NCBI GenBank assembly: GCA_003345595.1
Contig: PRDI01000058.1
Location: 1-64,000, forward strand
Direction: 5' to 3'
DNA: 64,000 bases
From: Candidatus Thorarchaeota archaeon
Lineage (GTDB): Archaea; Asgardarchaeota; Thorarchaeia; Thorarchaeales; Thorarchaeaceae
Position numbers and translations under genes: made by a program. Numbering within the stretch: the stretch's first letter is position 1; every line of letters begins with the position of its first letter. The notes beneath the pieces were generated by a model. That model was not told the DNA's origin. It searched no databases and saw only the letters and a list, made by a program, of their open reading frames with translations. Below are positions 28,235-37,582 of the stretch, in pieces.

Positions 28235-29719
28235 TCAGTCGCCGGTTTTTTCTCTCATTGCTGGTCCGATTGCAGTTTCGGTAGGCTGAGATACTTGTGG
28301 CTGGCGTCGCACAAGAGCTTCGTCACCCGTCACTGGGAGCGGGTACTTGAGGCCTTTCGATATCATGATCACGCCCATGAGGGATACAATCCCACAAGAC
28401 ACAAGGGTCAACGGGAAGCCCCAGCGTGGGATGAGCCAACCAAAGAGCGCAATCTGCGGCATCGCTATGATTGTTCCCAAGGCAGGCTGCAACGAGTACA
28501 TGCTGTTCCTGATTCGGTTGGGGATAGCGTCAATCAGGATGCGCTGAGTCAGGATTTCAGCGAACCCTCCGAAGAAGCCTGTCACTGTGAAGGTAATGAA
28601 CATGAATGCTACGGGAAGTACAGTGCTTGGTGGCAGCCTCAGTATCACCAGCTGAGTGAACGGGAAGAAGATATCGATGGTCGGCGTCCCTACGGCGGCC
28701 GGTGGAAGCAGATACATGATTGCGGCGAACAGGAGGAAGAAGACAGTTCCGCACATCTGAACAAGCCTGAAACGCGGGATCCACTTTTTGGGCTCGAACT
28801 TCCTTGACCAAATCCCAGACCGTTCCTGGGAGGCAACCCCTGGAATGAACAACAGAGTCCTGAATAGAGCAACGGCTACGTCAGTCGCCAAATAGGCGTA
28901 GTACATGGGAAAAAGTATCAGATTTCCCCACACGAGGATGCTGCTCGCTGTGACCATCGTGCCTATCATCACATACTTCACAAACGGCTCGCTGAAGATG
29001 TAGCTGACGCCTGCCTTTAGAAGCGAGCCATATTCCCCGAACGATGGTCTCTTCTGTCGGCTGGCTTTGACCTCTGGCAAGTCCTGTACTAGAACGAGGA
29101 CGGAGGCCGCTATCAAGACGCACAGAATTGCTTGCAGCTGAAAAACCCAAGATCTACCGAACATGACCGCCATAAGAGAGCCAGGCAGAAGAGCCACAGT
29201 CGAAACAATCTGGAAGAGCATCCCGATCCTTCCCTGCATGACTCCGTACTGTTTCCTGTCCACATCGTTCGGCATGGCAACTCTGTAGTTGTTGTCAAAC
29301 CAAGCTCCCCAAGCTCCGCTCTGTTGGGCATCGGCAGCGCCGTTTATTGCGTAAATGAGAACCAAGAGCAAGTATGGCGTAGTAACGTTGACCAGTGAAA
29401 CAAGGTAGAACGTCAGGCCGTATAGCGCGAATGAGAGTGAGATGATGTATCTCTGGCCGATCCAGTCTCCCACTGCTCCTGTCGGATAGTCGAGCACTGT
29501 CTGTACGGCCATCTGTATCACGATCAACGTCCCGATGAGAGCCATTCCTTGGATGTAGTCCCCTCCGCCCAAAGCTGTCGCTATGAAGATGACATAGAAT
29601 GTTGTCGAGAAGGTGACAGTTGCTGCAATCAGAGGGAGGAAGATGGACATGACTCTGGCCATTCTCAATATTGAGTCAGGTGCATCTCTTAGTCCAAAGA
29701 ACCTCGAGTTGCCGGTCAT
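28235..29719 (-). CDS. MFS transporter
   Basis: About 12 TM; DYPTGAVGDWIGQR (motif A); QSGAWGAWFDNNY. Confidence 0.88.
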   Translation of the reverse strand: MTGNSRFFGLRDAPDSILRMARVMSIFLPLIAATVTFSTTFYVIFIATALGGGDYIQGMALIGTLIVIQMAVQTVLDYPTGAVGDWIGQRYIISLSFALYGLTFYLVSLVNVTTPYLLLVLIYAINGAADAQQSGAWGAWFDNNYRVAMPNDVDRKQYGVMQGRIGMLFQIVSTVALLPGSLMAVMFGRSWVFQLQAILCVLIAASVLVLVQDLPEVKASRQKRPSFGEYGSLLKAGVSYIFSEPFVKYVMIGTMVTASSILVWGNLILFPMYYAYLATDVAVALFRTLLFIPGVASQERSGIWSRKFEPKKWIPRFRLVQMCGTVFFLLFAAIMYLLPPAAVGTPTIDIFFPFTQLVILRLPPSTVLPVAFMFITFTVTGFFGGFAEILTQRILIDAIPNRIRNSMYSLQPALGTIIAMPQIALFGWLIPRWGFPLTLVSCGIVSLMGVIMISKGLKYPLPVTGDEALVRRQPQVSQPTETAIGPAMREKTGD

Positions 29720-30050
29720 TCTGTATTCAGTCCCCCAATCATGCTTCGGAAGGCCGAGTCATGCTGCAAGAACCGTGAATCAAAGCGTGCCAGTTTCGCA
29801 TGTGTCATCATTCAGGTGTTCTCCTAGTTCGACTTCGCGATCTCTCGGGGTGCGGCCCCCGCAATCACACTGCAGGGACCGCTGCTGAGAGAGTAGGTAT
29901 GTTTAGCCGTCCATCGGTTACCATGGTTGTCGAGAGGCTCTGCTTCTTGCCGAGTGTCAGGGCTTCCAGCGGTTTCATCGAACCGGTCAGCCGGGAATCG
30001 GAAGAGTGCGCCGAGTCTACTCAACCATGTCACCTTGTTTTGGTTTGGAC

Positions 30051-30141
30051 TGGTCACTTGATATGCTACTGATGGTCTACAGTGCTCATTCAAGTGACCA
30101 CTTGTGGTCACTCTAATACAAGTCGTGTGGTCAAGGTGACC
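30051..30141. repeat. Cluster of TGGTCA/TGACCA inverted repeats
   Basis: TGGTCACTTGA (30051-30061) pairs with TCAAGTGACCA (30090-30100); AGTGACCAC-TT-GTGGTCACT at 30093-30112; another GGTCA-AGG-TGACC at 30129-30141. Confidence 0.55.
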
Positions 30142-30594
30142 TGCTGAAGAGGCTGGCTCGCCTTTGCGCCCCACGCGGTAGTTGTTGGAACAAACCATGC
30201 TCACTGCTTCGTTGTTCACAGCCTCTACCTCATGGTGGCATAATGGTTTGGTGCTGACACCATTTAAATACTACACTGTTGACGCAATAAACCATTGATG
30301 ATGGGACCTTCGCACACAGGTGCACATCCAACGGACTAGGATTGACGAACTGAAGGTGAGATACCTGCTGAGTCCTTGCGTCGGGAATACTTAACGATAA
30401 AGCGACACCGTAGCCTTTCACAAGAATTTCATCATTGGTACCAATAAAAAGCGCAGCCACATCATGGGGTCACGTGTTGAGGTCGCTTCATGTTACCGGT
30501 CACGCAGGCAGGGGTGTAGGTGTGCGACAGTCAAAGATATTACGAAGCTGATTCAGAACCTGCAGTATCAACTAACGACAGGAGACAGGTCAGG

Positions 30595-31476
30595 ATGGAT
30601 ATCAAGAAGATTGCCGTGCTTGGCGCAGGCCAGATGGGCAACGGTATAGCTCATGTCTGTGCTCAGTCAGGCTATGAAGTCAAGATGCGAGATATAGAGC
30701 AACAGTTCCTCGACAAGGGCCTTGCAACGATAAAGGGAAACCTAGACCGCATGCTGAAGAAGAGCAAGATTACTCAGGTGGACGCGGATGCAACATTGCG
30801 TCGCATAAAGTGCGTTCTCGACCTTAAGGAGGCCGTGAAGGACGCTGATCTGGTCATTGAGGCGATTCCCGAAATAGTCAAGCTGAAGTTGGACACTTGG
30901 AAGGACGTGGACGCTGCCGCCCCTGCCAGCGCCATATTGGCGTCGAACACTTCGAGCATCAGTATCACCCAAATGGCGGCTGTAACAAAGCGGCCTCAGA
31001 AGTTCATAGGCATGCACTTCTTCAACCCAGTGCCTGTCATGGGACTTGTTGAAATCATTAAAGGGCAAGCCACCGACGACGCAACTGTCGATGTGATAAA
31101 GGCTGTCGCGACTAAGGTCGGCAAGCAGACAGTCGTTGTTAAGGAAGCGCCAGGGTTCGCAGTCAATCGATTGCTGGTGCCCGCTTTGAATGAGGCTGTC
31201 TTTGCGATTCAGGAAGGCATCACGACAGTTGAAGACATGGACCTAGCCATCAAGCTCGGGTTGAACTGGCCAATGGGTCCGCTGACACTTCTTGACTTCG
31301 TGGGTCTAGACACGGCATTGTACATCGCCGATTATTTCGTGGACGAGTTCAAGGACAGCAAGTACAGGGCACCTGCCTTGTTGCGCAAGATGGTGCGTGC
31401 AGGATGGCTGGGCAGGAAGTCCGGAAGGGGCTTCTATGACTACTCAACCAATCCTCCCAAGCCGGGTAGGTTCTAA
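30595..31476 (+). CDS. hbd: 3-hydroxyacyl(butyryl)-CoA dehydrogenase
   Basis: GAGQMGNG, EAIPE, ASNTSS, GMHFFNPV, PMGPL and LGRKSGRGFY motifs. Confidence 0.95.
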   Translation: MDIKKIAVLGAGQMGNGIAHVCAQSGYEVKMRDIEQQFLDKGLATIKGNLDRMLKKSKITQVDADATLRRIKCVLDLKEAVKDADLVIEAIPEIVKLKLDTWKDVDAAAPASAILASNTSSISITQMAAVTKRPQKFIGMHFFNPVPVMGLVEIIKGQATDDATVDVIKAVATKVGKQTVVVKEAPGFAVNRLLVPALNEAVFAIQEGITTVEDMDLAIKLGLNWPMGPLTLLDFVGLDTALYIADYFVDEFKDSKYRAPALLRKMVRAGWLGRKSGRGFYDYSTNPPKPGRF

Positions 31477-31497
31477 GAGTAATCTGGGGCGGCCAAG

Positions 31498-31953
31498 CTA
31501 GCGAGGTTCGCCCCTCCTAGCTCCAGCTGGAGTTGAAGCTCTGGATACTTGCGGCTGTTTCTCTTCACTTACTCGAACTTCAATCATATGCTGACACACA
31601 TGACATATGAACTCATCAGAACTTGTCCATTGTATATCCTCCGGGGTAATTGGTTCACTGCAATAAGACCAAATCACGAAGGAAGATTTTGATCTAGTTC
31701 TCGAACGCGCTTGGGAATCAATGTCTTTCCCACCTGCTCCATCAATCCCATCCCTTCTAGGCTGACATTGGCGCCTCATGAGAATCAGCAACACAAGTAG
31801 CTACATTCCCAACATGACACGCCAAAGCACGAAAAACGGTTGCAGTAGAGGTATCATTCAGACAGCGGAGAGGATTGGAAACACAAGGAGCAATACGAGA
31901 GTCAATGCAACGATCACCGAATCAACTGTCTTGCTTCCTGCTTGCTCTCCCAA
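31498..31953 (-). pseudogene. Decayed 2-TM plus zinc-ribbon membrane protein gene
   Basis: From TTG 31953 (after SD AGGTGA) one frame reads LGEQAGSKTVDSVIVALTLVLLLVFPILSAV*MIPLLQPFFVLWRVMLGM*LLVLLILMRR...WSYC...CHVC. In-frame TGA at 31858-31860 and TAG at 31801-31803. Confidence 0.6.
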
Positions 31954-32101
31954 CTCACCTAACTGAAGACCCTTTCATTCGAAACGTAATAGGCCTGCGT
32001 TCTTCTGTTTTGTCTATTCATGCACAACCGTCATGAAACAGAATTGAACACTTGCACACATCCATCGTGAAAGGTGTTAGACACTGCGACAGATGTCTGT
32101 T

Positions 32102-35100
32102 TCATTTCGTGAGCTCTTCTTCTCTGAGCTTCTTCTTGAAGAGTTTCATTGCCACAGTCAGAGGCAGCTCATCTCTGAATTCTACCCATTTTGGCACGGC
32201 ATATGGCTTCACTCTCTCCTTCAGGTATTCGATGATATCCTGCTCTGAAACTTTACCTCTATATTCAGGTTTCAGCTGGACAAAAGCCTTCACCCTTTCA
32301 CTTCCAGGTCTTTCAGAATCAGGAACCCCTATCACACCTGCAACATCGACGGCTTCGTGTGTGTGAAGGATGTCATCAATGACCCTACTGTACACCTTGT
32401 TACCCGAAACATTGATCATGTCTTTTAGCCGGTCTACTATTCTGAAGTAGCCGTCACTATCCATCTCGACAATATCGCCCATAGGCAACCATCCGCCCTC
32501 TCTTAGTCCACTTCCAGGAGTTGGGAAGTACCCCTTCATGACCTGCGGTCCACGGATCCAGATTTCTCCTCGCTCGTTAAGCGGAAGCTCTTTTCCAGTT
32601 TCGGGATCGACGATTTTGACCTCTGTATCAGGTATGGGAATGCCGATGCCCCTCTTTGTTTCGGTCATGAAACCAGTGACCTTCGAGAGCGCTGACACGT
32701 TGATTGTTACGATTGCTGATGACTCTGTTGCGCCATAGCCTTCGCCCATGGGCACTCCCGTCTTCTTCTCAAACTCCGCAGCAAGATCGGCAGGGAGTGC
32801 CGCTGCACCTGAGTAATAGAATATCTGTCCCTTCTTCAGGTCCATCTTGCTCAGCATTGTATAGTGAGCTGGGACTGCGAATACAACGAAAGGACGTTGC
32901 TTGTTGATTATATCTGCAATCCTCGAGATGTCACGCGGGTCAACCAGGAATATCTTCATACCCCATGACACGCATGCATGCACGGCCCAATGGCCGTACG
33001 CGTGGAAGATGGGCACACATATCAGACCTGCGCTCTTTCCGATGATTCCCTCCTTCAGAGGGTCCATCATCCATTGAATTGACTGTATGACGGCACTTGT
33101 CAGATTGTAGTGTGTCAACAAGGTCCCTTTTGGAAGCCCTGTGGTGCCTCCCGTGAAGGGCAGCAGGGCGATATCCTCCTTCGGGTAGATTTCGACAACA
33201 CCTTCATGCGGCTCGTGCTGTTCTATCAAATCATTGAGAAGGAAGTAGTTGTCATCATCAATCTGCTCTGTGTCAGGATATTCATAGTCTGGGAATACCC
33301 TTGTAGGGGTGTAGATAACGATTCTCACGCTCGTTTCGGGTTTGACTCGATTGATTCTTTCAAGACGTCTGGATGAGCATACCACGATCTCAGCTCTACT
33401 CTCTTTGAGTTCATACAGCAAATCGTCGTCCTTGTGCATAATGCTTAGAGGTACATGAATCGCTCCAATCTTCATTGCTGCATAGTCAGCTATTATGAAT
33501 TCAGGACATGATGGAAGTACAGTGGCAATTGCGTCCCCCTTCTTCACACCAAGGGCTACGAAAGCTGATGCAAGCTTGTCAACCTTCATTTTCAGCTCAT
33601 GATATGTCAAATGCTCATCCAAGTACTCACATGCTTCAATATCAGGGAAATTCGTTGCAGAGTCCTCTAGAAACTTGTAGACATTTATCTCAGGATACGG
33701 AGCCATCGAATGCTTGAGTTTGAAAGGACCAATTTGGTAGCCACTCAACCACGGCTTGTCACCAAAGATTTCTGCCGATGTTCTAGATACTGCTGATGCC
33801 ATCTCCTTTTCAGAAGTAGCCATCTGTTTTGTTTGTGCCCCCGTAGTTCCTCTCCCAAGATCCCCATATTCAGGGATCGAATCAGCAACCCATGCAAGAT
33901 CAAGTTCCTTTAGTTTTTCTCTCGAGGGTCTTCCTTGATGATCCCATCCGCGATACTTGTAGTATGCATCTAGGAGAACATCCAGTTTCACAACATGCCC
34001 CTTCGCTGGCCCTTCGGGCATTGGATCCTCTAGTAGTCGCGGAGGTAGACTGTCATCTCTTCGTCCAAACCCCTCCCTCAAAATGTATGCCCTCTCCAGG
34101 TTATAGATTCTCTCACCTGTCTTGCGAAAGTCATCTGCAGAGAACTCATAGCCCATCAGTGTGGAAATCAGTTTCGCCCAGTCTTCGGCAGTGAGCACCA
34201 TCCCCATGAACTTGCAGCCACCAATGGCGTCAAAGATGCCGAATGCATCCTCGAAGTTCTTGACGACTAATGCTATCTCTGGGATTTCCATTAGTGGATC
34301 GCCCACATCCGCATTCTCAACGATCATGAAAGGCATGGAGAGAAAAGCAGGTCCCTCAATATACGCTGTTATGTGATCTCCGCCTCGATTCGCAACAGCA
34401 TAGGCAAGTCCCGTTATCTTGGCCGCTCTGCTGTCATAACCCGGGAGCTCTAGTCCCTTCACATGCATCGCGAATCTCTCAGACCCATTACCTAGTTTCT
34501 CAGCCATCCTCATGGTCCCTTCAGCAAGGAGATTCCCTATTCCCTCACGTTTTCCAATCTTGTGAACAATGTCAACGATAAGTTGCGCATTTCCCCAGGA
34601 GAAGTCCATGCCACCAATGTCGTCGTCTTTCAGGATGCCGCGTTGTCTGCATTCCATGGCAAAGCCAACGCTATTGCCCGCAGAGATTGTGTCAATGCCA
34701 TACTCATTGCACAGGAAGTGCGCGAGGGTGATGGCTTCTAGGCTGTCCACACCGCACATAGTCCCAAATGAGCTAATAGTTTCGTATTCCGGGCCCTCTC
34801 CCTTGCTCTTGAAAGGTCCCTCCTTGATTTCGGCAATCCTCCCGCAATGGATGGGACAAGCAAAGCAGGGCTTTCGTCTTACTAGGATGCTATCATTGAT
34901 TGCCTGCCCGTTGATTTTTTCTGCGTTCTCAAAAACGCCGGTCTGCCAGTTTCTGGTCGGGATGCCTCCCTTGACATTGACCAGGTCAACCATTGTAGCT
35001 GTGCCATAAACCTCTAGGGTCATCTTCAGAAGGCTTTGATTCACCCAGTCGAACCTTTGCTTTGCCTCCTGTCTGTATGCGTCTGGGTCTGCAATGGCGA

Positions 35101-35737
35101 TTTCCAGAGTCCCCTTTGATGCTATTGCCTTCAGATTCTTTGAGCCCATGACCGCGCCAACGCCGCACCGTCCCGCTGCGCGACCCCAGTTCTCCTCATC
35201 GCAGTCGTTCATGATTGCAGCGTACTTTACCAGATTCTCCCCTGCGATACCTATGCAAGCGACATTGAATTTGGGTCCGTGCCTCTCTCTGAGGATTCTA
35301 GTGGTTTCGGAGGTGTTCTTTCCCCATATCTTCCCTGCATCGAACAGCTCCGCCTTTCCATCTTCAGTGAGGAGGTAGACCGGACTTGGCGCTCTTCCTT
35401 CGAATATTGCACCATCAAAGCCGGAGCGTTTGAAATCTCTCCCCCAGAATCCTGCGGAATTTGCCTGGCCCCATCCATTCGTGAGGGGTGACTTTGTTAC
35501 CACACTGTATCGTCCTGTGCTGGGCGAACTGGTGCCTGTAAGAGGGCCGGTCATGAAGATGAGCTTGTTCTCAGGACCAAGGGGGTCAATGCCTTTTTCA
35601 GTTTCCTCAAGTAGGATCTTGGTAGCTAGTCCGGCACCACCGAGGTATTTTCGTAAGGTTTCTTCATCAGGGAATTCCTCCGTTATTGTAGATGTAGTCA
35701 GATTGATGCGCAGGATCTTTCCCATGTAGCCATACAT
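32102..35737 (-). CDS. Fusion protein: aldehyde:ferredoxin oxidoreductase (W/Mo AOR family) plus long-chain acyl-CoA synthetase
   Basis: AOR part (aa ~1-620): YLGGAGL, KSPLT, AAGRCGVGAVMGSKNLKAI, CFACPIHC, EYET, GIDTIS, DAIGGCKF. Ligase part (aa ~660-1211): FTGGTTGLPKG, EGYGATE, GPQVMKGY, GD, DRLKDMI and A10 Lys. Confidence 0.93.
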   Translation of the reverse strand: MYGYMGKILRINLTTSTITEEFPDEETLRKYLGGAGLATKILLEETEKGIDPLGPENKLIFMTGPLTGTSSPSTGRYSVVTKSPLTNGWGQANSAGFWGRDFKRSGFDGAIFEGRAPSPVYLLTEDGKAELFDAGKIWGKNTSETTRILRERHGPKFNVACIGIAGENLVKYAAIMNDCDEENWGRAAGRCGVGAVMGSKNLKAIASKGTLEIAIADPDAYRQEAKQRFDWVNQSLLKMTLEVYGTATMVDLVNVKGGIPTRNWQTGVFENAEKINGQAINDSILVRRKPCFACPIHCGRIAEIKEGPFKSKGEGPEYETISSFGTMCGVDSLEAITLAHFLCNEYGIDTISAGNSVGFAMECRQRGILKDDDIGGMDFSWGNAQLIVDIVHKIGKREGIGNLLAEGTMRMAEKLGNGSERFAMHVKGLELPGYDSRAAKITGLAYAVANRGGDHITAYIEGPAFLSMPFMIVENADVGDPLMEIPEIALVVKNFEDAFGIFDAIGGCKFMGMVLTAEDWAKLISTLMGYEFSADDFRKTGERIYNLERAYILREGFGRRDDSLPPRLLEDPMPEGPAKGHVVKLDVLLDAYYKYRGWDHQGRPSREKLKELDLAWVADSIPEYGDLGRGTTGAQTKQMATSEKEMASAVSRTSAEIFGDKPWLSGYQIGPFKLKHSMAPYPEINVYKFLEDSATNFPDIEACEYLDEHLTYHELKMKVDKLASAFVALGVKKGDAIATVLPSCPEFIIADYAAMKIGAIHVPLSIMHKDDDLLYELKESRAEIVVCSSRRLERINRVKPETSVRIVIYTPTRVFPDYEYPDTEQIDDDNYFLLNDLIEQHEPHEGVVEIYPKEDIALLPFTGGTTGLPKGTLLTHYNLTSAVIQSIQWMMDPLKEGIIGKSAGLICVPIFHAYGHWAVHACVSWGMKIFLVDPRDISRIADIINKQRPFVVFAVPAHYTMLSKMDLKKGQIFYYSGAAALPADLAAEFEKKTGVPMGEGYGATESSAIVTINVSALSKVTGFMTETKRGIGIPIPDTEVKIVDPETGKELPLNERGEIWIRGPQVMKGYFPTPGSGLREGGWLPMGDIVEMDSDGYFRIVDRLKDMINVSGNKVYSRVIDDILHTHEAVDVAGVIGVPDSERPGSERVKAFVQLKPEYRGKVSEQDIIEYLKERVKPYAVPKWVEFRDELPLTVAMKLFKKKLREEELTK

Positions 35738-35778
35738 GATGAAGTGGACCTCTTGCTATCTACGAAACGGGGTCATGC

Positions 35779-35790
35779 GCTTTTAAAAGC
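35779..35790. promoter_or_regulatory. Palindromic bidirectional TATA-like element
   Basis: GCTTTTAAAAGC perfect palindrome in the 85-bp gap between the divergent AOR-ligase and MoaD starts. Confidence 0.55.
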
Positions 35791-35822
35791 CTGATGTTCA
35801 TCAAGGCGGGTGAGGCGCCCGG

Positions 35823-36107
35823 ATGAAGGTGAAAGTGAAATTCTTCGCGCATCTCAGTGAGCTCACAGGTAAGAAACCAGTATTCGAGGTCGATGTTGAG
35901 GAGGGCGCCACCGTTTCCATGCTCTTGGACAGTCTACTCGTCGACCGGAGGATCAGGGATGCCCTGCTGGACGAGAACCAAGAGATCAGGTCCAATATAA
36001 CTGTCCTCAAGAATGGCAGAGAGATAAAACTCCTGGCGGGAATGGAAACCAAGCTGAGTCATGGTGACGAGCTAGCTGTGTTTCCCATGCTTGTCGGAGG
36101 TCGATAA
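35823..36107 (+). CDS. MoaD/ThiS/SAMP ubiquitin-like protein (C-terminus ...VGGR)
   Basis: MKVKVKFFAHLSELTG...VLKNGREI...LSHGDELAVFPMLVGGR, a beta-grasp pattern. Confidence 0.9.
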   Translation: MKVKVKFFAHLSELTGKKPVFEVDVEEGATVSMLLDSLLVDRRIRDALLDENQEIRSNITVLKNGREIKLLAGMETKLSHGDELAVFPMLVGGR

Positions 36108-36222
36108 GTGGTGCATCGAATACCCTAGACCCCTTCAAGCTCAATTTATCAGTAGGACATTCCTGTTACAAGAGCATTCAATCGAATTACGATGACCAGT
36201 GCTATTCGAAGGATTGATCACT

Positions 36223-36672
36223 ATGCCGAGATTCATGTCAGCTGAATGGCTGAATCTATACAAGAATGCGCTCAACAGCAACGATGCCTATGCAAGGGCT
36301 GCTTCGTGGTGGACTGGCGACTTCATTTTCGTTGTCAGGGCAAGCGGCAAGTTGGACCATGATATTTTTGCTTTCATCGGGTTGACTCACGGTAAGTGCA
36401 CCGGTGTGAAGCCAATAAAGGGAGAAGACGAATACCAAGTTGTGAAACCTGGTGAGGGTGCGAGCAGTAAGGACAAGGTTGCCGTAGAGTATGTCTATGA
36501 GGCCAAGTATGATGCTTGGCTGAGAATCCTGAGAGGCGAGTTGGATCCTGTCCGCGGGCTTCTCAGCGGCCAAGCAAGAATCGTTGGAGATATGGCCAAG
36601 ATTCTCAAGGCTACGGACGCTGCGAAGGAGCTAGTACGAACATCCACCCTGATCGACACGGAATTCTACTAA
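36223..36672 (+). CDS. SCP2 sterol/lipid-binding domain protein
   Basis: FMSAEW...LNSNDAYARAASWWTGDF...WLRILRGELDPVRGLLSGQARIVGDM is the archaeal SCP2 pattern. Confidence 0.88.
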   Translation: MPRFMSAEWLNLYKNALNSNDAYARAASWWTGDFIFVVRASGKLDHDIFAFIGLTHGKCTGVKPIKGEDEYQVVKPGEGASSKDKVAVEYVYEAKYDAWLRILRGELDPVRGLLSGQARIVGDMAKILKATDAAKELVRTSTLIDTEFY

Positions 36673-36692
36673 AGACAACAAGGTGAAGTGTA

Positions 36693-37103
36693 ATGGATGA
36701 AGCAGCGCGGGAAATCCTCTTCCATACATTCAAGGCCGTAATAGAAGATGTCATTGCTGACAAGCGGAAGAATCCCAAGAACACCACGACTCTTGACGAA
36801 TATCGAGCCAGGATAAACATAGGTCTGCATGTGGAAGAGGAATTCATATTGTGGGTGAATCTTGTTGCTGAAGGCGGCAAGTATGTCGTCAACAAAGGAA
36901 AGCTTGATGACTACGATCTACAACTCATATCAGACCCCGAGGATATGATGTACTTCACTAACAGGAAATACTCAACGCTGAAGATGATGTTCACAAAGAA
37001 CAGATTCGGAGAGAGAAGGCTGCTTTTCAGTGGAGGAACGTCTGGCAGAAACTACGGGAAACTGTTGAAGCTCCCCAAGGTGCTAGTCTTGGATGGCAAA
37101 TAG
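36693..37103 (+). CDS. SCP2-like protein (divergent)
   Basis: LVAEGGKYVVNKGKLDDYDLQLISDPEDMMYF...STLKMMF...LLKL fits the SCP2 fold pattern. Confidence 0.65.
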   Translation: MDEAAREILFHTFKAVIEDVIADKRKNPKNTTTLDEYRARINIGLHVEEEFILWVNLVAEGGKYVVNKGKLDDYDLQLISDPEDMMYFTNRKYSTLKMMFTKNRFGERRLLFSGGTSGRNYGKLLKLPKVLVLDGK

Positions 37104-37305
37104 GTGAAAAAGCCCTGTATAGAACCATAAACCCTCATAATGAGTAGTTGATTCGGCTGCAGGAGTTCTTGGAACCAACTCTGACTATCGCTGTGAGAAC
37201 GACGTTTAGTTGGACGTGATGGGCCGACAAAACACAATACTAGGTGTCGAATACGAGAGTTGCATGCAAGAGTACTGGAGATTCTCATGCTAACACACGG
37301 CATTC

Positions 37306-37545
37306 ATGGGAAGGTGGGGGACCTGTGGGCACATGCACAATGCTCACGTCAGGAACTGTTTACCTGCCGACGTGTCTGTCAGACTCCTGAAGAAGATGGG
37401 AGCGGACATCACGTTCGTCTGCGGATCAGACACTCATGTTACTCTTCTCCTGACTGTAACAGAGGCCGCTGGTGTTAGTCACAGAGAACTCTATGTAGAG
37501 TACCACGAGCACTACCTGGAGATCGTAGCCAGTTTCCCAATCTTA
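37306..37545 (+). pseudogene. metG: Degenerate N-terminal fragment of methionyl-tRNA synthetase
   Basis: GHMHNAHVRNCLPADVSVRLLKKMGADITFVCGSDTHV...GVSHRELYVEYHE matches the MetRS HIGH...PAD..R....G....F(V)CGSD.HG region with eroded motifs; only about 80 codons are present. Confidence 0.7.
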
Positions 37546-37582
37546 ATAGCAGTGTTGCATCATGTCCGGTCATGTGGTGCAG

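Noticed and set aside
29824-30460. ORFs 29824-30219 and 30230-30460 as genes
   Set aside because: No recognisable motifs and atypical composition. The first has a possible SD and TATA, so it is not excluded, but support is too weak to annotate.
31801-31860. Selenocysteine/pyrrolysine recoding of the in-frame TGA and TAG
   Set aside because: The stops fall in or beside TM segments rather than catalytic positions, I recognised no SECIS-like element, and a zinc-ligand Cys is also lost. Decay is the simpler explanation.
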